Positions 50,844 through 60,253 of a DNA stretch of 64,000 bases are shown here, one piece after another. Within the stretch, counting starts at the first letter, position 1. Each line of letters opens with the position of its first letter. The stretch is from an uncultured delta proteobacterium (GTDB lineage Bacteria; Myxococcota; Myxococcia; Myxococcales; Myxococcaceae). The notes under the pieces are model-generated. The model had not been told where the DNA came from. It saw only the letters and a list, made by a program, of their open reading frames with translations, and ran no database searches. The position numbers were made by a program, and so were the translations under genes. The DNA lies in assembly GCA_963713045.1 (NCBI GenBank), contig CAVQKE010000003.1, positions 672,001 to 736,000 of the forward strand, in the 5' to 3' direction.

Positions 50844-52197
50844 CTCCCCCGGGCCGGGGGCCAAGGCGCGCCGCAGCCTGGACCCGCGCGACTCCCGCTT
50901 CGCAGCCAAGGCCAGCGCTCGCGCCGCGCCAGCCGTCGACGGCCGCCGCCCCGGCGCGCCCAGGGCCGCCGACCGCCGAGAGGCCAATGCCCGGGAATCT
51001 CACCGGGCCCTTCCCCCGATGGGCCCGGACGGCCTCTTCAACGTCGTCATCACCCGCCGCGGCACCGAACGTTGGCAGGCCGGACACCCGTGGATTTACC
51101 GCGGAGACTTGGCCGCGGAGCCCTCGCTGGAAGGCGGCGAGGTGGTGCGCGTCCTGGACGCGCGGGGCTGGTTTCTGGGCAAAGCCTTCTACGCCAAGGC
51201 CTCCAAAATCGCCCTGCGCGGCCTGACGCTGGAAGACGAGGCGGTGGACCGCGCCTTCTTCGCCCGGCGCATCGCCCAGGCCGACGCGCTGCGCCGGCGG
51301 ATGGACCCTGGACAAACCACCTACCGTGCGGTGCACGCCGACGCCGACTTACTGCCCGGGCTGGTGGTGGACCGCTTCGACGACGTGCTGTCCGCACAAT
51401 TTCTGGTGAAGGCCACCGACGACCGCCGCGAATTGTTCGCCGACTTGCTGATGGAGCACTTCGCCGCCCGCGGCTTGATGGACAGAAGCGACGTTGGGGT
51501 GCGGGCGCTGGAGGGCCTGCCGCCCCGGCGGGAAGTCCTCCGAGGCGAAGTGCCGGAGAGGGTGCCCTACGCCGAAGGCCCACTGACATTTCTCGCCGAC
51601 GTGCGCGCCGGACAGAAGACGGGCGCCTTTCTCGACCAGCGCGAAAACCACCTGCTGGCGGCCAGCTACGCCCATGGGGAGGCGCTCGACTGCTTCGCCT
51701 ACCAAGGCGGCTTTTCCCTGCAGCTGGCGCGCAGCGCGGCCCGCGTCACCGCGGTGGAGATTTCTGCCGCCGCTTGCGAAACCCTTTTGGAGAATGCGCG
51801 CCGCAACGGCCTCGGCAACGTCCAGGCGGTGGAGGCCAACGCCTTCGACTTCCTCCGCGACGCGGTGGACGAGGGCCGGCGCTTCGACACCATTGTCCTC
51901 GACCCGCCCTCGTTCGCGAAAAGCAAGGACGCCCTCGAGGCGGCGCTGCGCGGCTACAAGGAAATTAACCTGCGCGCCCTGCAACTCCTCTCCCCGGGCG
52001 GGGTGCTGATGACTGGCAGCTGCACCTACCACGTGGACGAGGAGCGCTTTGAAGCCATGCTGGCCTCCGCCGCCGCCGACGCCAAGCGGCGGGTACAAAT
52101 TGTCGAGCGCCGGGGCGCCTCCCGGGACCACCCGGTGCTGCTGCACCTGCGAGAGACGCGCTACCTGAAGTTTTACGTGCTGCGCGTCCTGGCATGA
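50797..52197 (+). CDS. RlmI-like 23S rRNA m5C methyltransferase (PUA + SAM domain)
   Basis: GHPWIYR, DLLPGLVVDRF, GQKTG.FLDQREN, DCFAYQGGF, VLDPPSFAK. Confidence 0.9.
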   Translation: MAPRHPRPPEGGTRANSPGPGAKARRSLDPRDSRFAAKASARAAPAVDGRRPGAPRAADRREANARESHRALPPMGPDGLFNVVITRRGTERWQAGHPWIYRGDLAAEPSLEGGEVVRVLDARGWFLGKAFYAKASKIALRGLTLEDEAVDRAFFARRIAQADALRRRMDPGQTTYRAVHADADLLPGLVVDRFDDVLSAQFLVKATDDRRELFADLLMEHFAARGLMDRSDVGVRALEGLPPRREVLRGEVPERVPYAEGPLTFLADVRAGQKTGAFLDQRENHLLAASYAHGEALDCFAYQGGFSLQLARSAARVTAVEISAAACETLLENARRNGLGNVQAVEANAFDFLRDAVDEGRRFDTIVLDPPSFAKSKDALEAALRGYKEINLRALQLLSPGGVLMTGSCTYHVDEERFEAMLASAAADAKRRVQIVERRGASRDHPVLLHLRETRYLKFYVLRVLA

Positions 52198-52799
52198 GGC
52201 GCCTTGCCAATCGCCCGTCGCGGGCGCTTGACGAGGCCCGCTTGCGCCCCAACACCCAAAGGGTGTCAGCTTTGACCCTGAGCTTCGCCATGGGACCGGG
52301 GGACGCCGAGACGCACCGCAGCCAGCGCCGGCGCGCGCAGCGGGCGTCCCTTCGGGAGTTGGCGGCGGTCTACCGGGCGGCGGACGCGGCCTACCGTCCC
52401 TACCGCTGTCCTGGGACGGCCGAGTGCTGCCAGTTGGCGACGACGAAACGCGAACCCTGGCTGTGGCCCCTGGAGTGGGAGGCGCTGCTGGCCGCCAAGG
52501 GCGGGCAGGCGCCGCCTGAACGGCTGGACGGCGGCTGCCCCTTCCTCACCGAGGATGGCCAGCGCTGCAGCGCCTACGCCGCCCGGCCCTTCGGCTGTCG
52601 CACCTTCTTCTGCAGCCGGGTGCAAGGCCCCGCGCGCGAGCCCACCCTGGTGGTGGCCGCCCTCGCTGCCCGGCTGCAGCGGGTGGCGCAGACGCTGGAC
52701 GCGGACTGCTCCGGGCCCCGCCCACTGCTGGCCTGGGCCCGGCAGGCGCGGGCTGCGGCATCAGCCCCAGCCGCCCGTGTCGAAAGCCCGCCGCCGTGA
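52194..52799 (+). CDS. YkgJ-family cysteine-cluster protein (alternative start 52290)
   Basis: CPGTAECC, CPFL..DG.RCSAY.ARPFGCRTFFC. Confidence 0.85.
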   Translation: MRRLANRPSRALDEARLRPNTQRVSALTLSFAMGPGDAETHRSQRRRAQRASLRELAAVYRAADAAYRPYRCPGTAECCQLATTKREPWLWPLEWEALLAAKGGQAPPERLDGGCPFLTEDGQRCSAYAARPFGCRTFFCSRVQGPAREPTLVVAALAARLQRVAQTLDADCSGPRPLLAWARQARAAASAPAARVESPPP

Positions 52800-53929
52800 C
52801 GCGCTACCTGGTGGCGCCGCTGGAATTCAAGGGCAGCTTGACAGCCGCCGAGGCCGCCGCGGCCATTCGCCGAGGACTGGAGCGCGCCGGCGCCGGTGCG
52901 CAGGTGGAGACGCTGCCGCTGGCCGACGGGGGGCCCGGCACCGCCGAGGTGCTGGTGGACGCGCTGCACGGCAGCTGGCACAGCCTGCCGGTGCGGGACC
53001 CACTGGGCCGGACCATCGAAGCCAGCTACGGCGCCTGGGCCGGGGGCACCGCCGGCGTCGTGGAAATGGCGCGGGCCTCCGGGCTCGTGCTGCTGGCCCC
53101 GGGAGAGCGCAATGCCCGGCGCACGAGCAGCTTCGGGACGGGCGAACTCATCCGGGCGGCCGTCCTCCGCGGGGTGCGCTCGCTGATGGTCGGGCTCGGC
53201 GGCAGCGCCAGCAACGACGGGGGCGCCGGCGCGCTGCAGGCGCTGGGCGTTCGGCTGCGCGACGCGCAAGGCCGGGAGCTGCCCGCCGGTGGCACGGCGC
53301 TGCGAGAGCTGGCCCGGATTGAGTTGGAGGGTGTGCTTCGACAGATGCGGGATGTGGAACTCACCTGCGTGACCGACGTCACCAACCCCCTCACCGGGCC
53401 CTCCGGCGCTTCGGCGGTTTATGGACCGCAAAAGGGAGCCACCCACGCGGACGTCGCCCTCCTCGACGCCGCGCTGGCCCACTTCGCCGACGTCATCCGC
53501 CGCCAGCTGGGGGTGGACGTTTCGCTGGAGCCGGGGATGGGAGCTGCCGGCGGCCTCGGCTTTGGGCTGAGGGCCATCTTCGGCGCCCGGGTGGTCCCGG
53601 GCTTCGGCTACGTCGCCGAGATGGTGCACCTCGAGGACCATCTGGCCCAGTGCGACGTGGTACTGACTGGCGAGGGACGGCTGGACGCCCAGTCGCGTCA
53701 AGGCAAGGGCCCGGTGGCGCTCGCCGAGCGCGCCCGGGCTGCCGGCAAGCGGGTGGTTGTCTTCGCCGGCAGCATCGAAGGCGTCTGGCGCCCAGGCGAC
53801 TCGCCCTTCGACGACGTGAAACTGGCTGGGGCGCCGGACTGGGACGAGCGCCATGCGGACGCGAAAGCCGTGGCCCAGGCCGCTCTCAGCGAGGCAGTGG
53901 CAGTGTGGGCCAGCGCGGCCTCCGCCTGA
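52796..53929 (+). CDS. Glycerate kinase (GlxK/GarK family)
   Basis: APLEFKGSL, ADGGPGT, GLGGSASNDGG, DVTNPL.G..GA..YGPQKGA, GAAGG, TGEGRLD.QS..GK. Confidence 0.93.
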   Translation: MTRYLVAPLEFKGSLTAAEAAAAIRRGLERAGAGAQVETLPLADGGPGTAEVLVDALHGSWHSLPVRDPLGRTIEASYGAWAGGTAGVVEMARASGLVLLAPGERNARRTSSFGTGELIRAAVLRGVRSLMVGLGGSASNDGGAGALQALGVRLRDAQGRELPAGGTALRELARIELEGVLRQMRDVELTCVTDVTNPLTGPSGASAVYGPQKGATHADVALLDAALAHFADVIRRQLGVDVSLEPGMGAAGGLGFGLRAIFGARVVPGFGYVAEMVHLEDHLAQCDVVLTGEGRLDAQSRQGKGPVALAERARAAGKRVVVFAGSIEGVWRPGDSPFDDVKLAGAPDWDERHADAKAVAQAALSEAVAVWASAASA

Positions 53930-53933
53930 GGGG

Positions 53934-54626
53934 TTAGCGCAGCAGCGCCTGCAACTCGGCGAAACGAGACGCGGGGTCGCCGAAGTGGGCGTGGTAGTCG
54001 GCCTGGCTTCGGCGGATGACTTCGCACGCCTCTTCCCGGTCATACATTTCCGGAATGCTCACCTTGCGCGCAGCGTCGCCTGGAATTTGTTTGTAGGTGA
54101 GGAAGTAATGGCGCAGCCGCTCGAGCAGTGGCCGCGGCACGTCGTCCAAGTCGCGCATCGCGCCGTAAGCCAAGTCGCCGTCCAGGACCGCGATGATTTT
54201 GTCGTCCGCTTGATTGCCATCCACCATCCGCAGGCCGCCGATGGGGTGGGCCCGCAGCAGAAACGAGGCGTGGGTGTAGGCCTTCTCGCTCAGCACGCAG
54301 ATGTCCATCGGGTCCTGGTCGCCTTCAATCCCGGTGAGCCCAGTCCTCTCGGCGGTCCGGGCGCCGACGCGCTCGCCACAGAAGGTCTGCGGGATGAAGC
54401 CGTACAGCGAGGGGCAGAGGCTCGAATAGCGCTGGGGCCGGTCGAGCTTGAGTTCGCCGCTGTGCTTGTCCAATTCGTATTTCACCGTGTCGGCGGGGAC
54501 AATCTCGATAAACGCCACCACCTCATCCGGCGCGTCCGGGCCTATCGCAATGCCGTGCCAGGGGTGGGCTTTAAAGAGGAGACTGAGGAGCTTCTCCAGT
54601 GCGACCTCATTATTCCGTTCAGCCAT
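53934..54626 (-). CDS. ppa: Family I inorganic pyrophosphatase
   Basis: HPWHG, KYELDK, YGFIPQT, GDQDPMDI, D.NQADDKIIAV, YFLTYK. Confidence 0.94.
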   Translation of the reverse strand: MAERNNEVALEKLLSLLFKAHPWHGIAIGPDAPDEVVAFIEIVPADTVKYELDKHSGELKLDRPQRYSSLCPSLYGFIPQTFCGERVGARTAERTGLTGIEGDQDPMDICVLSEKAYTHASFLLRAHPIGGLRMVDGNQADDKIIAVLDGDLAYGAMRDLDDVPRPLLERLRHYFLTYKQIPGDAARKVSIPEMYDREEACEVIRRSQADYHAHFGDPASRFAELQALLR

Positions 54627-55356
54627 CGGTCAGCCTCTCTTGAACCCGCGCGTTGGCCGCTTCGAGTAGCCGTGCCACCGCGGCCTGCGCGTGGCCGGTC
54701 AGCGCTTCTCGCTCCTCAAGCGTCATTCCGAGAGTGGACAGGGGTTCACCCACCGCCAACACCACCGGGCGACCGCCATGAACAAGAAGGCTCTGCTTGT
54801 GAAGGACGTCCTTGGTCCCGGCCAACGCCAGAGGGACCAGCGGCACCTGCGCTTGAATGGCCAGCACCGCCGCCCCTTTCTTGAAAGGCCGCAGGCGGCC
54901 CTCCGGGTCCCGCGTCCCCTCAGCGAAGAAAAGGATGCTCGCCCGTGAGCGCACCGCCTCGACGGCGTTGGCGATGCTCTCCTTGTCCCGGTCACTGCCA
55001 GTGCGGTCGACAGGAATCATCCCCGTCGCGCGCAGGGCCGAGCCGAAGAGGGGGATTTTGAAAAGCTCGCGCTTGGCGATGAAGCGTAGGTGCTTCTGTA
55101 GCTTCGCGTAGAGCACGACCGGGTCGAAATTGGACTGATGGTTGCACACGTAGACCGCGTTGCCGGCTGGGAGCCGCTCGAGGCCCCGCACCTCAATCTG
55201 CATGGCCGAGGCCCGAAGCAAGTTGTTGCACCACATCCGCAAAAGAGCGTCCGGTGCCCGCTCGTCCAGGTAGGCCAGGGCCACCACCGCCGGCCCCACC
55301 AGGGCGGTGCTGGCCGCGGCGGCCAACACGCCCAAGGTGTGCAGGGAGTCCTTCAC
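54619..55356 (-). CDS. plsC: 1-acyl-sn-glycerol-3-phosphate acyltransferase family
   Basis: NHQSNFD, AKRELF, FAEGTR, PFKKG. Confidence 0.9.
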   Translation of the reverse strand: MKDSLHTLGVLAAAASTALVGPAVVALAYLDERAPDALLRMWCNNLLRASAMQIEVRGLERLPAGNAVYVCNHQSNFDPVVLYAKLQKHLRFIAKRELFKIPLFGSALRATGMIPVDRTGSDRDKESIANAVEAVRSRASILFFAEGTRDPEGRLRPFKKGAAVLAIQAQVPLVPLALAGTKDVLHKQSLLVHGGRPVVLAVGEPLSTLGMTLEEREALTGHAQAAVARLLEAANARVQERLTDG

Positions 55357-56339
55357 AGGAAGTCCTGCGCCGGGAAAAGCAGCACTTCGGAAAGTTCCTC
55401 CGCCCCCAGCAGCAGCATCAACAGCCGGTCGAGCCCCACCGCCACGCCGCCGGACGGAGGAAGGTGTGCCACCGCCTCGAGGAACGCCTCGTCCAAGGGG
55501 TAGACGGCCCGTCCTGCCGCTCGCCGCTGCGCTTGCTCCAGGAGGAGCCGGCGCCGCTGCTCCTGGGCGTCGGTGAGCTCCGAGAAGCCGTTGGCCAACT
55601 CAAGGCCGTGCGCGTACAGCTCGAAGCGCTCGGCGACGCTGGGCTCGCCTGGTTTCAGCCGCGCCAGGGCGGCCATGGGAGCCGGGTATTCGGTCAGGTA
55701 GGTGGGCCGCTCGCGGCCGAGCTCTGGTTCCACGCGCGCCAGAAAAAGCCGGAAGAAGACGTCCTCAAAGGCCTCCCCCTCCGGCACCTCCACGCCGACG
55801 CGCCGGACGGCGGCACGCAGGCTATCGGCGTCGGGGCACTGGGCCAAGTCGACGTCGGTCGCGCGGTGGACGGCGTCGCGCACCGTCAAGCGCTGGTAGG
55901 GTGTCCGGCTGAAGAAGCCGCTCGCCGCCAGCGCCCCATCGGCCGCGGAAAGCAACGCTTCGAGGTCCGCCATGACGGCGGTGGCATCCGCCTCGGGCCG
56001 GTAAAACTCCAACAGGGTGAACTCGGGGTTGTGGCTGCGACTCACCTCGCCGTTGCGGAAGACTTTGCAGATTTGAAAAAGCGGGCCCGAGCCTTCGGCC
56101 AACAGGCGCTTCATCGCGTATTCGGGGCTGGTGTGCAGGTAAAGCGTCCGCGGTCGCCCGACGTCCGTCTCCGGCAGAAAGGGAACCTCAAAGGCAGCAA
56201 TGTGCGGTTCCATCCCCGGCGCGGGGACAAGGCAGGGCGTCTCCACCTCGAGGTAGCCCAAGCGACCGAGCGAGGCCCGGAGCGAGGCATAGAAGCTTTG
56301 GCGGGCGCGCGCCGCCGCCCACCGACGGGGAATGGGCAT
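55353..56339 (-). CDS. epmA: EF-P lysine aminoacylase (GenX/PoxA)
   Basis: EVETP, LHTSPEYAMKRLL, FRNGE...HNPEFTLLEFY, AERFELY..G.ELANGF.EL, GVAVGLDRL. Confidence 0.95.
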   Translation of the reverse strand: MPIPRRWAAARARQSFYASLRASLGRLGYLEVETPCLVPAPGMEPHIAAFEVPFLPETDVGRPRTLYLHTSPEYAMKRLLAEGSGPLFQICKVFRNGEVSRSHNPEFTLLEFYRPEADATAVMADLEALLSAADGALAASGFFSRTPYQRLTVRDAVHRATDVDLAQCPDADSLRAAVRRVGVEVPEGEAFEDVFFRLFLARVEPELGRERPTYLTEYPAPMAALARLKPGEPSVAERFELYAHGLELANGFSELTDAQEQRRRLLLEQAQRRAAGRAVYPLDEAFLEAVAHLPPSGGVAVGLDRLLMLLLGAEELSEVLLFPAQDFL

Positions 56340-56372
56340 GGACGGCGCGCGACGCTACATTGCGCGGCCCCC

Positions 56373-58232
56373 ATGCGTCCAAGTGCACTCCTCTGCACCA
56401 CCCTGCTGCTGCTTGCCGGTTGCTCGACTCCGCCTCCCCCCCTTCCACCGCCGCCCAGCCCGGCCGAAGCCGCGCACACTGCCCTGGTCGCGGAGGCGGC
56501 TGGGCTTTCCGCCAAGGCCGAGACGCTGCTCCGCACCCAGGACGAGCTGGTGTGGAACAGCTGGACCGAGGGCACCCCAGCGGACTTGGCGAAGACGTAT
56601 GCCGGTAGCGAGGCCTGGCTGACGCCGGCGGCGATTGCCGCGGTGGAGCAACTGCGGCAGTCCACGCTGGGGCCACTCGACCGGCTGGCCCTCACCCACC
56701 TGCATGCCTACCTCGCGACGGAATGGCTGGCGCAGAAGACAGCCGGCCTGTCGGAGGAAGCGGCCAACCTCGAGCAGACCCTCACTTTCGGCCCGTCCGG
56801 CCAGGAGCATCCCTACCGCAACCTCGAATCCCTGCTGGCTTCGGAGCGAAGCGCGCTTCTGCGCAAGACGCTGTATGACGGCGCCACCCCGGCGGTGGCC
56901 AAGCTGGCTGAGGTGCTCGCCCGGCGCCGAGCGCGCACCCAAGCCTTGCTGGGCGAGCTCGGCCTTCCCTCGGCCAGCCTTCTGGTCGAGCTGCGCGAAA
57001 GCGAGCTCGAGCCGCTGGTGGCGCTGGCCAACCAAGTCCTGACTCGCACTCAGAAAGCTTTCATCGCCACGCTGGGCCGCCTCTCCTGGACAGAGCTGCA
57101 GCTGCCGGTGGACCGCGTCAGCCGTGCCGACATTCCCCGTCTCTTCCGACTGCCAGCCCTCGAGTCCGCCTTCCCCAAGGCGGAGGTTTTCACGCGCGCC
57201 ACCAACACCCTGCGGGGGCTGGGCATTGACGTGGCCAGCATGCACAACGTCACCTTGGACTTGAAGGAGACGCCGGGAAAGAACCCGAGGGGCCTGGTGC
57301 TGGGCGTCGTCATCCCCAGCGACGTGCGCGTCTCCCTACTTCCGGTGGGCGGCGCCCGCGACGAGCGCGAGACGCTTCACCAGATGGGGCATCTGCTCAG
57401 CGACGCCCTCAGCCAGGAGCACCGCTGGGCGCTGGCCAAGCTGGGCAACCGGACGGTGGGGGAGGCCTGGTCCTTCTTGTTGGAGGACCTCACCGTCGAC
57501 CCACTCTGGCTCGAGCGCGTCGCCGGATTCACCGGAGACGTCCAACTGGCGTGGCGGACGTCGGCCGATGCCCAACGCCTCTTCTTGCTGCGCCGGGCAG
57601 CGGGCAAGGTTCTTTTCAACGCTGCTGCCCAAGGCCCGGATGCCAACGCGGCGACCGTCTACCGGGAGGTCATGACGCGGACCTATGGCTTCCCGATGAC
57701 GGCGGCAGACGAGGCCCGCGCCGAGTTGGACCGCGAGGAATTCCTCGCCTCGGCGGACTACCTGCAGGCCTTCGTCCTGGCGGCCCAACTTGAACAGCAG
57801 CTCCGCGGACGTTTCGGGCCCGCCTGGTGGCAAGAGGCGGCCGCAGGGGCCTGGGTCCGGAGCCTGTTGGCAAAGGGCAACTCCGAGACGGCTGGCGGAT
57901 TCGCCCGCGCCATGGGGCTGGAGGGGCTGGACGTCGAGGCCTTCCTGGCACGGGTGCCCACCGCCCTTGGGGGAACGGCGACACCTGGGCCGCTGACGCC
58001 GGGCTCGACCGTCGACGCAGGGGCAGCCGGCACCCCAGCGGGCCCTCCGGCCGACGCCGGGGCCCCGCCCAGGGGGCCGGACGCGGGCGCGGTCGCGCCG
58101 GCCGACTCGGCCGACGCCGGCGGGGCGACCGCCTTTCCGTCGACGGATGCAGGGCCGTTGCCGACAGGAACCACCGTCGCGCCAGACAGGCCACCGGCCA
58201 CGTCCCTCAACGACGCGGGCACCGGCGGCTAG
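56373..58232 (+). CDS. Lipoprotein, M3-like (gluzincin) peptidase fold with HQxxH in place of HExxH
   Basis: LLLAGC lipobox; KNPRGL..IP.DVR; LHQMGH..; VGEAWSFL; DAG-repeat tail. Confidence 0.72.
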   Translation: MRPSALLCTTLLLLAGCSTPPPPLPPPPSPAEAAHTALVAEAAGLSAKAETLLRTQDELVWNSWTEGTPADLAKTYAGSEAWLTPAAIAAVEQLRQSTLGPLDRLALTHLHAYLATEWLAQKTAGLSEEAANLEQTLTFGPSGQEHPYRNLESLLASERSALLRKTLYDGATPAVAKLAEVLARRRARTQALLGELGLPSASLLVELRESELEPLVALANQVLTRTQKAFIATLGRLSWTELQLPVDRVSRADIPRLFRLPALESAFPKAEVFTRATNTLRGLGIDVASMHNVTLDLKETPGKNPRGLVLGVVIPSDVRVSLLPVGGARDERETLHQMGHLLSDALSQEHRWALAKLGNRTVGEAWSFLLEDLTVDPLWLERVAGFTGDVQLAWRTSADAQRLFLLRRAAGKVLFNAAAQGPDANAATVYREVMTRTYGFPMTAADEARAELDREEFLASADYLQAFVLAAQLEQQLRGRFGPAWWQEAAAGAWVRSLLAKGNSETAGGFARAMGLEGLDVEAFLARVPTALGGTATPGPLTPGSTVDAGAAGTPAGPPADAGAPPRGPDAGAVAPADSADAGGATAFPSTDAGPLPTGTTVAPDRPPATSLNDAGTGG

Positions 58233-58241
58233 CGACGGCCT

Positions 58242-59324
58242 TCAGGGCGCAGTGGAGCCGGCGCTCGGCTGCCCGCAGTTGGCGCAGAATTTTGCCCCAG
58301 CCGCTAGCTGGCCTCCGCACTTGGCGCACGCCAGGGCGACGGCCAGCGGGGCACCGCAACTGCTGCAGAATTTCCCCGTGCCCGGGGTTCCACACTTGGG
58401 GCAAGCCGTGCCCGGCGGACCGGCGGCGGGCCGAGGCAGGCCTTGGGACTGCTGAAGCATTTGCGCCATCCCCAAGCCCACACCGAGGCCAGCGCCTTGA
58501 AGCATTCCTCCGCCACCGCCGTCGCCGCCTTTGGCCATGCCCTCCGCCGCACCCAACATGGCTTGTCCAGCGGCGTACTGCTGAAAGCCGCCGGCCATCT
58601 TGGTGTACGCCTGGTCCTTGGTGAGGCGCTTCAGGGTGGCCTCGTCCTCGGGTTTGATGCCGATGGTGAAGTTGCCCATTCGCACCACCGTCAGTCCGTA
58701 CCCATCCACGTGCGGCTTCACCCCGGCCAGGACGTCTTGCTCAATTTCCTCGGTGTAGGCGCCGGAGGTGACGTCGAGCAGTGGCCACTTCTTCTTCACC
58801 AGCAGCTCCGCCACGTGGTCGCGGATGACTTTCAGCACCTGGCTCTTGAACCAGGCGAGGAAGTCCTCGTTGCTGGTCCTCCGCAGCCCAACCAACCCCA
58901 CCACCAGCTTCTCCGGGTCCGTCACCCGCACCGAGAAGTCGCCGTACACCATGGTGCCAATGCCGAGTCCCGTCTCCGGGTCCCGAACGTCGCCAATCGG
59001 TCCACCAAACCGCACTCCTGGGAATTCGCGGGTGCTGACGAAGTAAAGCTCGGCGACGAAGAGGTTGCCGCCGGTGAAGCCTTCCAAAACGGCCGAGAGG
59101 AAGGGGATGTTGTTGGTGTCGAGTTGGTGCTTGCCCGGCCCCAGCTTCCCCTGCACCGTGCCGTCCTTGACGAACAGCGCGACTTCATCGGCGCCCACGG
59201 TGAGCTGGGTGAGCATCCGGATGTTGTGTTCGGGGTAGGCGTAGAGAATGTCATTCTTCGCCTCGTCCGAACGAGTGATGAAGTTGCGCTGGGCTTCCTG
59301 CTTCAGCGAGTCAAAGAGACCCAT
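58242..59324 (-). CDS. SPFH-domain protein with C-terminal double zinc ribbon
   Basis: QLTV..DEVALFVKDG, LGPG.H.L.TNNIP, AELYFV; CPKC..FCSSC, CAKC..FCANC. Confidence 0.88.
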   Translation of the reverse strand: MGLFDSLKQEAQRNFITRSDEAKNDILYAYPEHNIRMLTQLTVGADEVALFVKDGTVQGKLGPGKHQLDTNNIPFLSAVLEGFTGGNLFVAELYFVSTREFPGVRFGGPIGDVRDPETGLGIGTMVYGDFSVRVTDPEKLVVGLVGLRRTSNEDFLAWFKSQVLKVIRDHVAELLVKKKWPLLDVTSGAYTEEIEQDVLAGVKPHVDGYGLTVVRMGNFTIGIKPEDEATLKRLTKDQAYTKMAGGFQQYAAGQAMLGAAEGMAKGGDGGGGGMLQGAGLGVGLGMAQMLQQSQGLPRPAAGPPGTACPKCGTPGTGKFCSSCGAPLAVALACAKCGGQLAAGAKFCANCGQPSAGSTAP

Positions 59325-59452
59325 CGGGGGGATTCCTCCAGGGCTGAGGACGAGAGGCGGGGCGGCGACGGCGCGGCGCCGACCAAGGATGGCACACCGA
59401 AGCGCAGTCCGCCAAAGGTGGGCCACCCCCCGGGCGGCCGTCGCCCGAACTT

Positions 59453-60253
59453 CTAACCCCAGCGGCTCACCAGCCGTTCGCGGTCAAACAGACGGACACT
59501 GGCCACCACCAGTCCGACGTCGAGCAGAAGTACCAACACCCCTTGCAGCGCATAGTAGGCGGTCCCCGCTCGCAGCCATCCCGCCAGCTGCCCGGCCACC
59601 AGTCCCATCAGCGGCAGCACCACCAGGGCCGACAGCTGCTGCGCGAGCCGTGCCTCTCCCACCCGAGCCGAGACCAGCACGGCAATGCCATTGCCAAGGA
59701 AGGCGTACAGCGGAGCCACCACGCCCACGCCGAACAGCCACATGCGGTTGGGCAGCACCGGTGCATGCAACAGCGGCCAAGCCACAACGTCCACGGCGAT
59801 GCAGAAGACGACGAAGGCCACCCAGGAGATGACCACCGCTGGGACCACCGCGGCCACGCTTTTGCCAGCCACCAGCTCGGCAGACGTCACCGGCGAGGCC
59901 AGCAGCGGCTCCAGGGTGCGTCGCTCCTTTTCGCCGGCCACACTTTGCGAGGCGATGAGGATGGGCGTGAAGAGCGGCATCAACAAAAAGAGGCCGAACC
60001 AGTCGGTCAGCACTTTCCCCACCAGGAAGCGGGTGGGGTTCGCTCCGGAGGGAAAGCGCGGGTCGTAGTAGAGGGCCATCGCGCGAAAGGTGGCGTCATC
60101 CGGAGCGCGGACCCAGGCCCACACCAGCAGCGTCGGCACCAGCACCAGCACCGCTGGCAGCGCAAACATGCTCCACACCAGGCCCGGGTTTTTGCGCAAA
60201 TCGAGCCCATCCTTCCAGGCCACCGCCGCCGCCCGACGCCAGTGAAACCTCAT
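59453..60253 (-). CDS. ABC-2 type transporter permease
   Basis: SVAGEKERRTLEPLLASP..ELVAGK; multiple TMs. Confidence 0.9.
   Translation of the reverse strand: MRFHWRRAAAVAWKDGLDLRKNPGLVWSMFALPAVLVLVPTLLVWAWVRAPDDATFRAMALYYDPRFPSGANPTRFLVGKVLTDWFGLFLLMPLFTPILIASQSVAGEKERRTLEPLLASPVTSAELVAGKSVAAVVPAVVISWVAFVVFCIAVDVVAWPLLHAPVLPNRMWLFGVGVVAPLYAFLGNGIAVLVSARVGEARLAQQLSALVVLPLMGLVAGQLAGWLRAGTAYYALQGVLVLLLDVGLVVASVRLFDRERLVSRWG

Noticed and set aside
55254..56372. N-terminal extension of the 992-aa ORF
   Set aside because: Antisense to epmA; the lipoprotein signal begins at ATG 56373
57960..58230. GACGCnGG repeats as a DNA repeat array
   Set aside because: They encode low-complexity DAG peptide repeats with irregular spacing, not a CRISPR or nucleotide-level array
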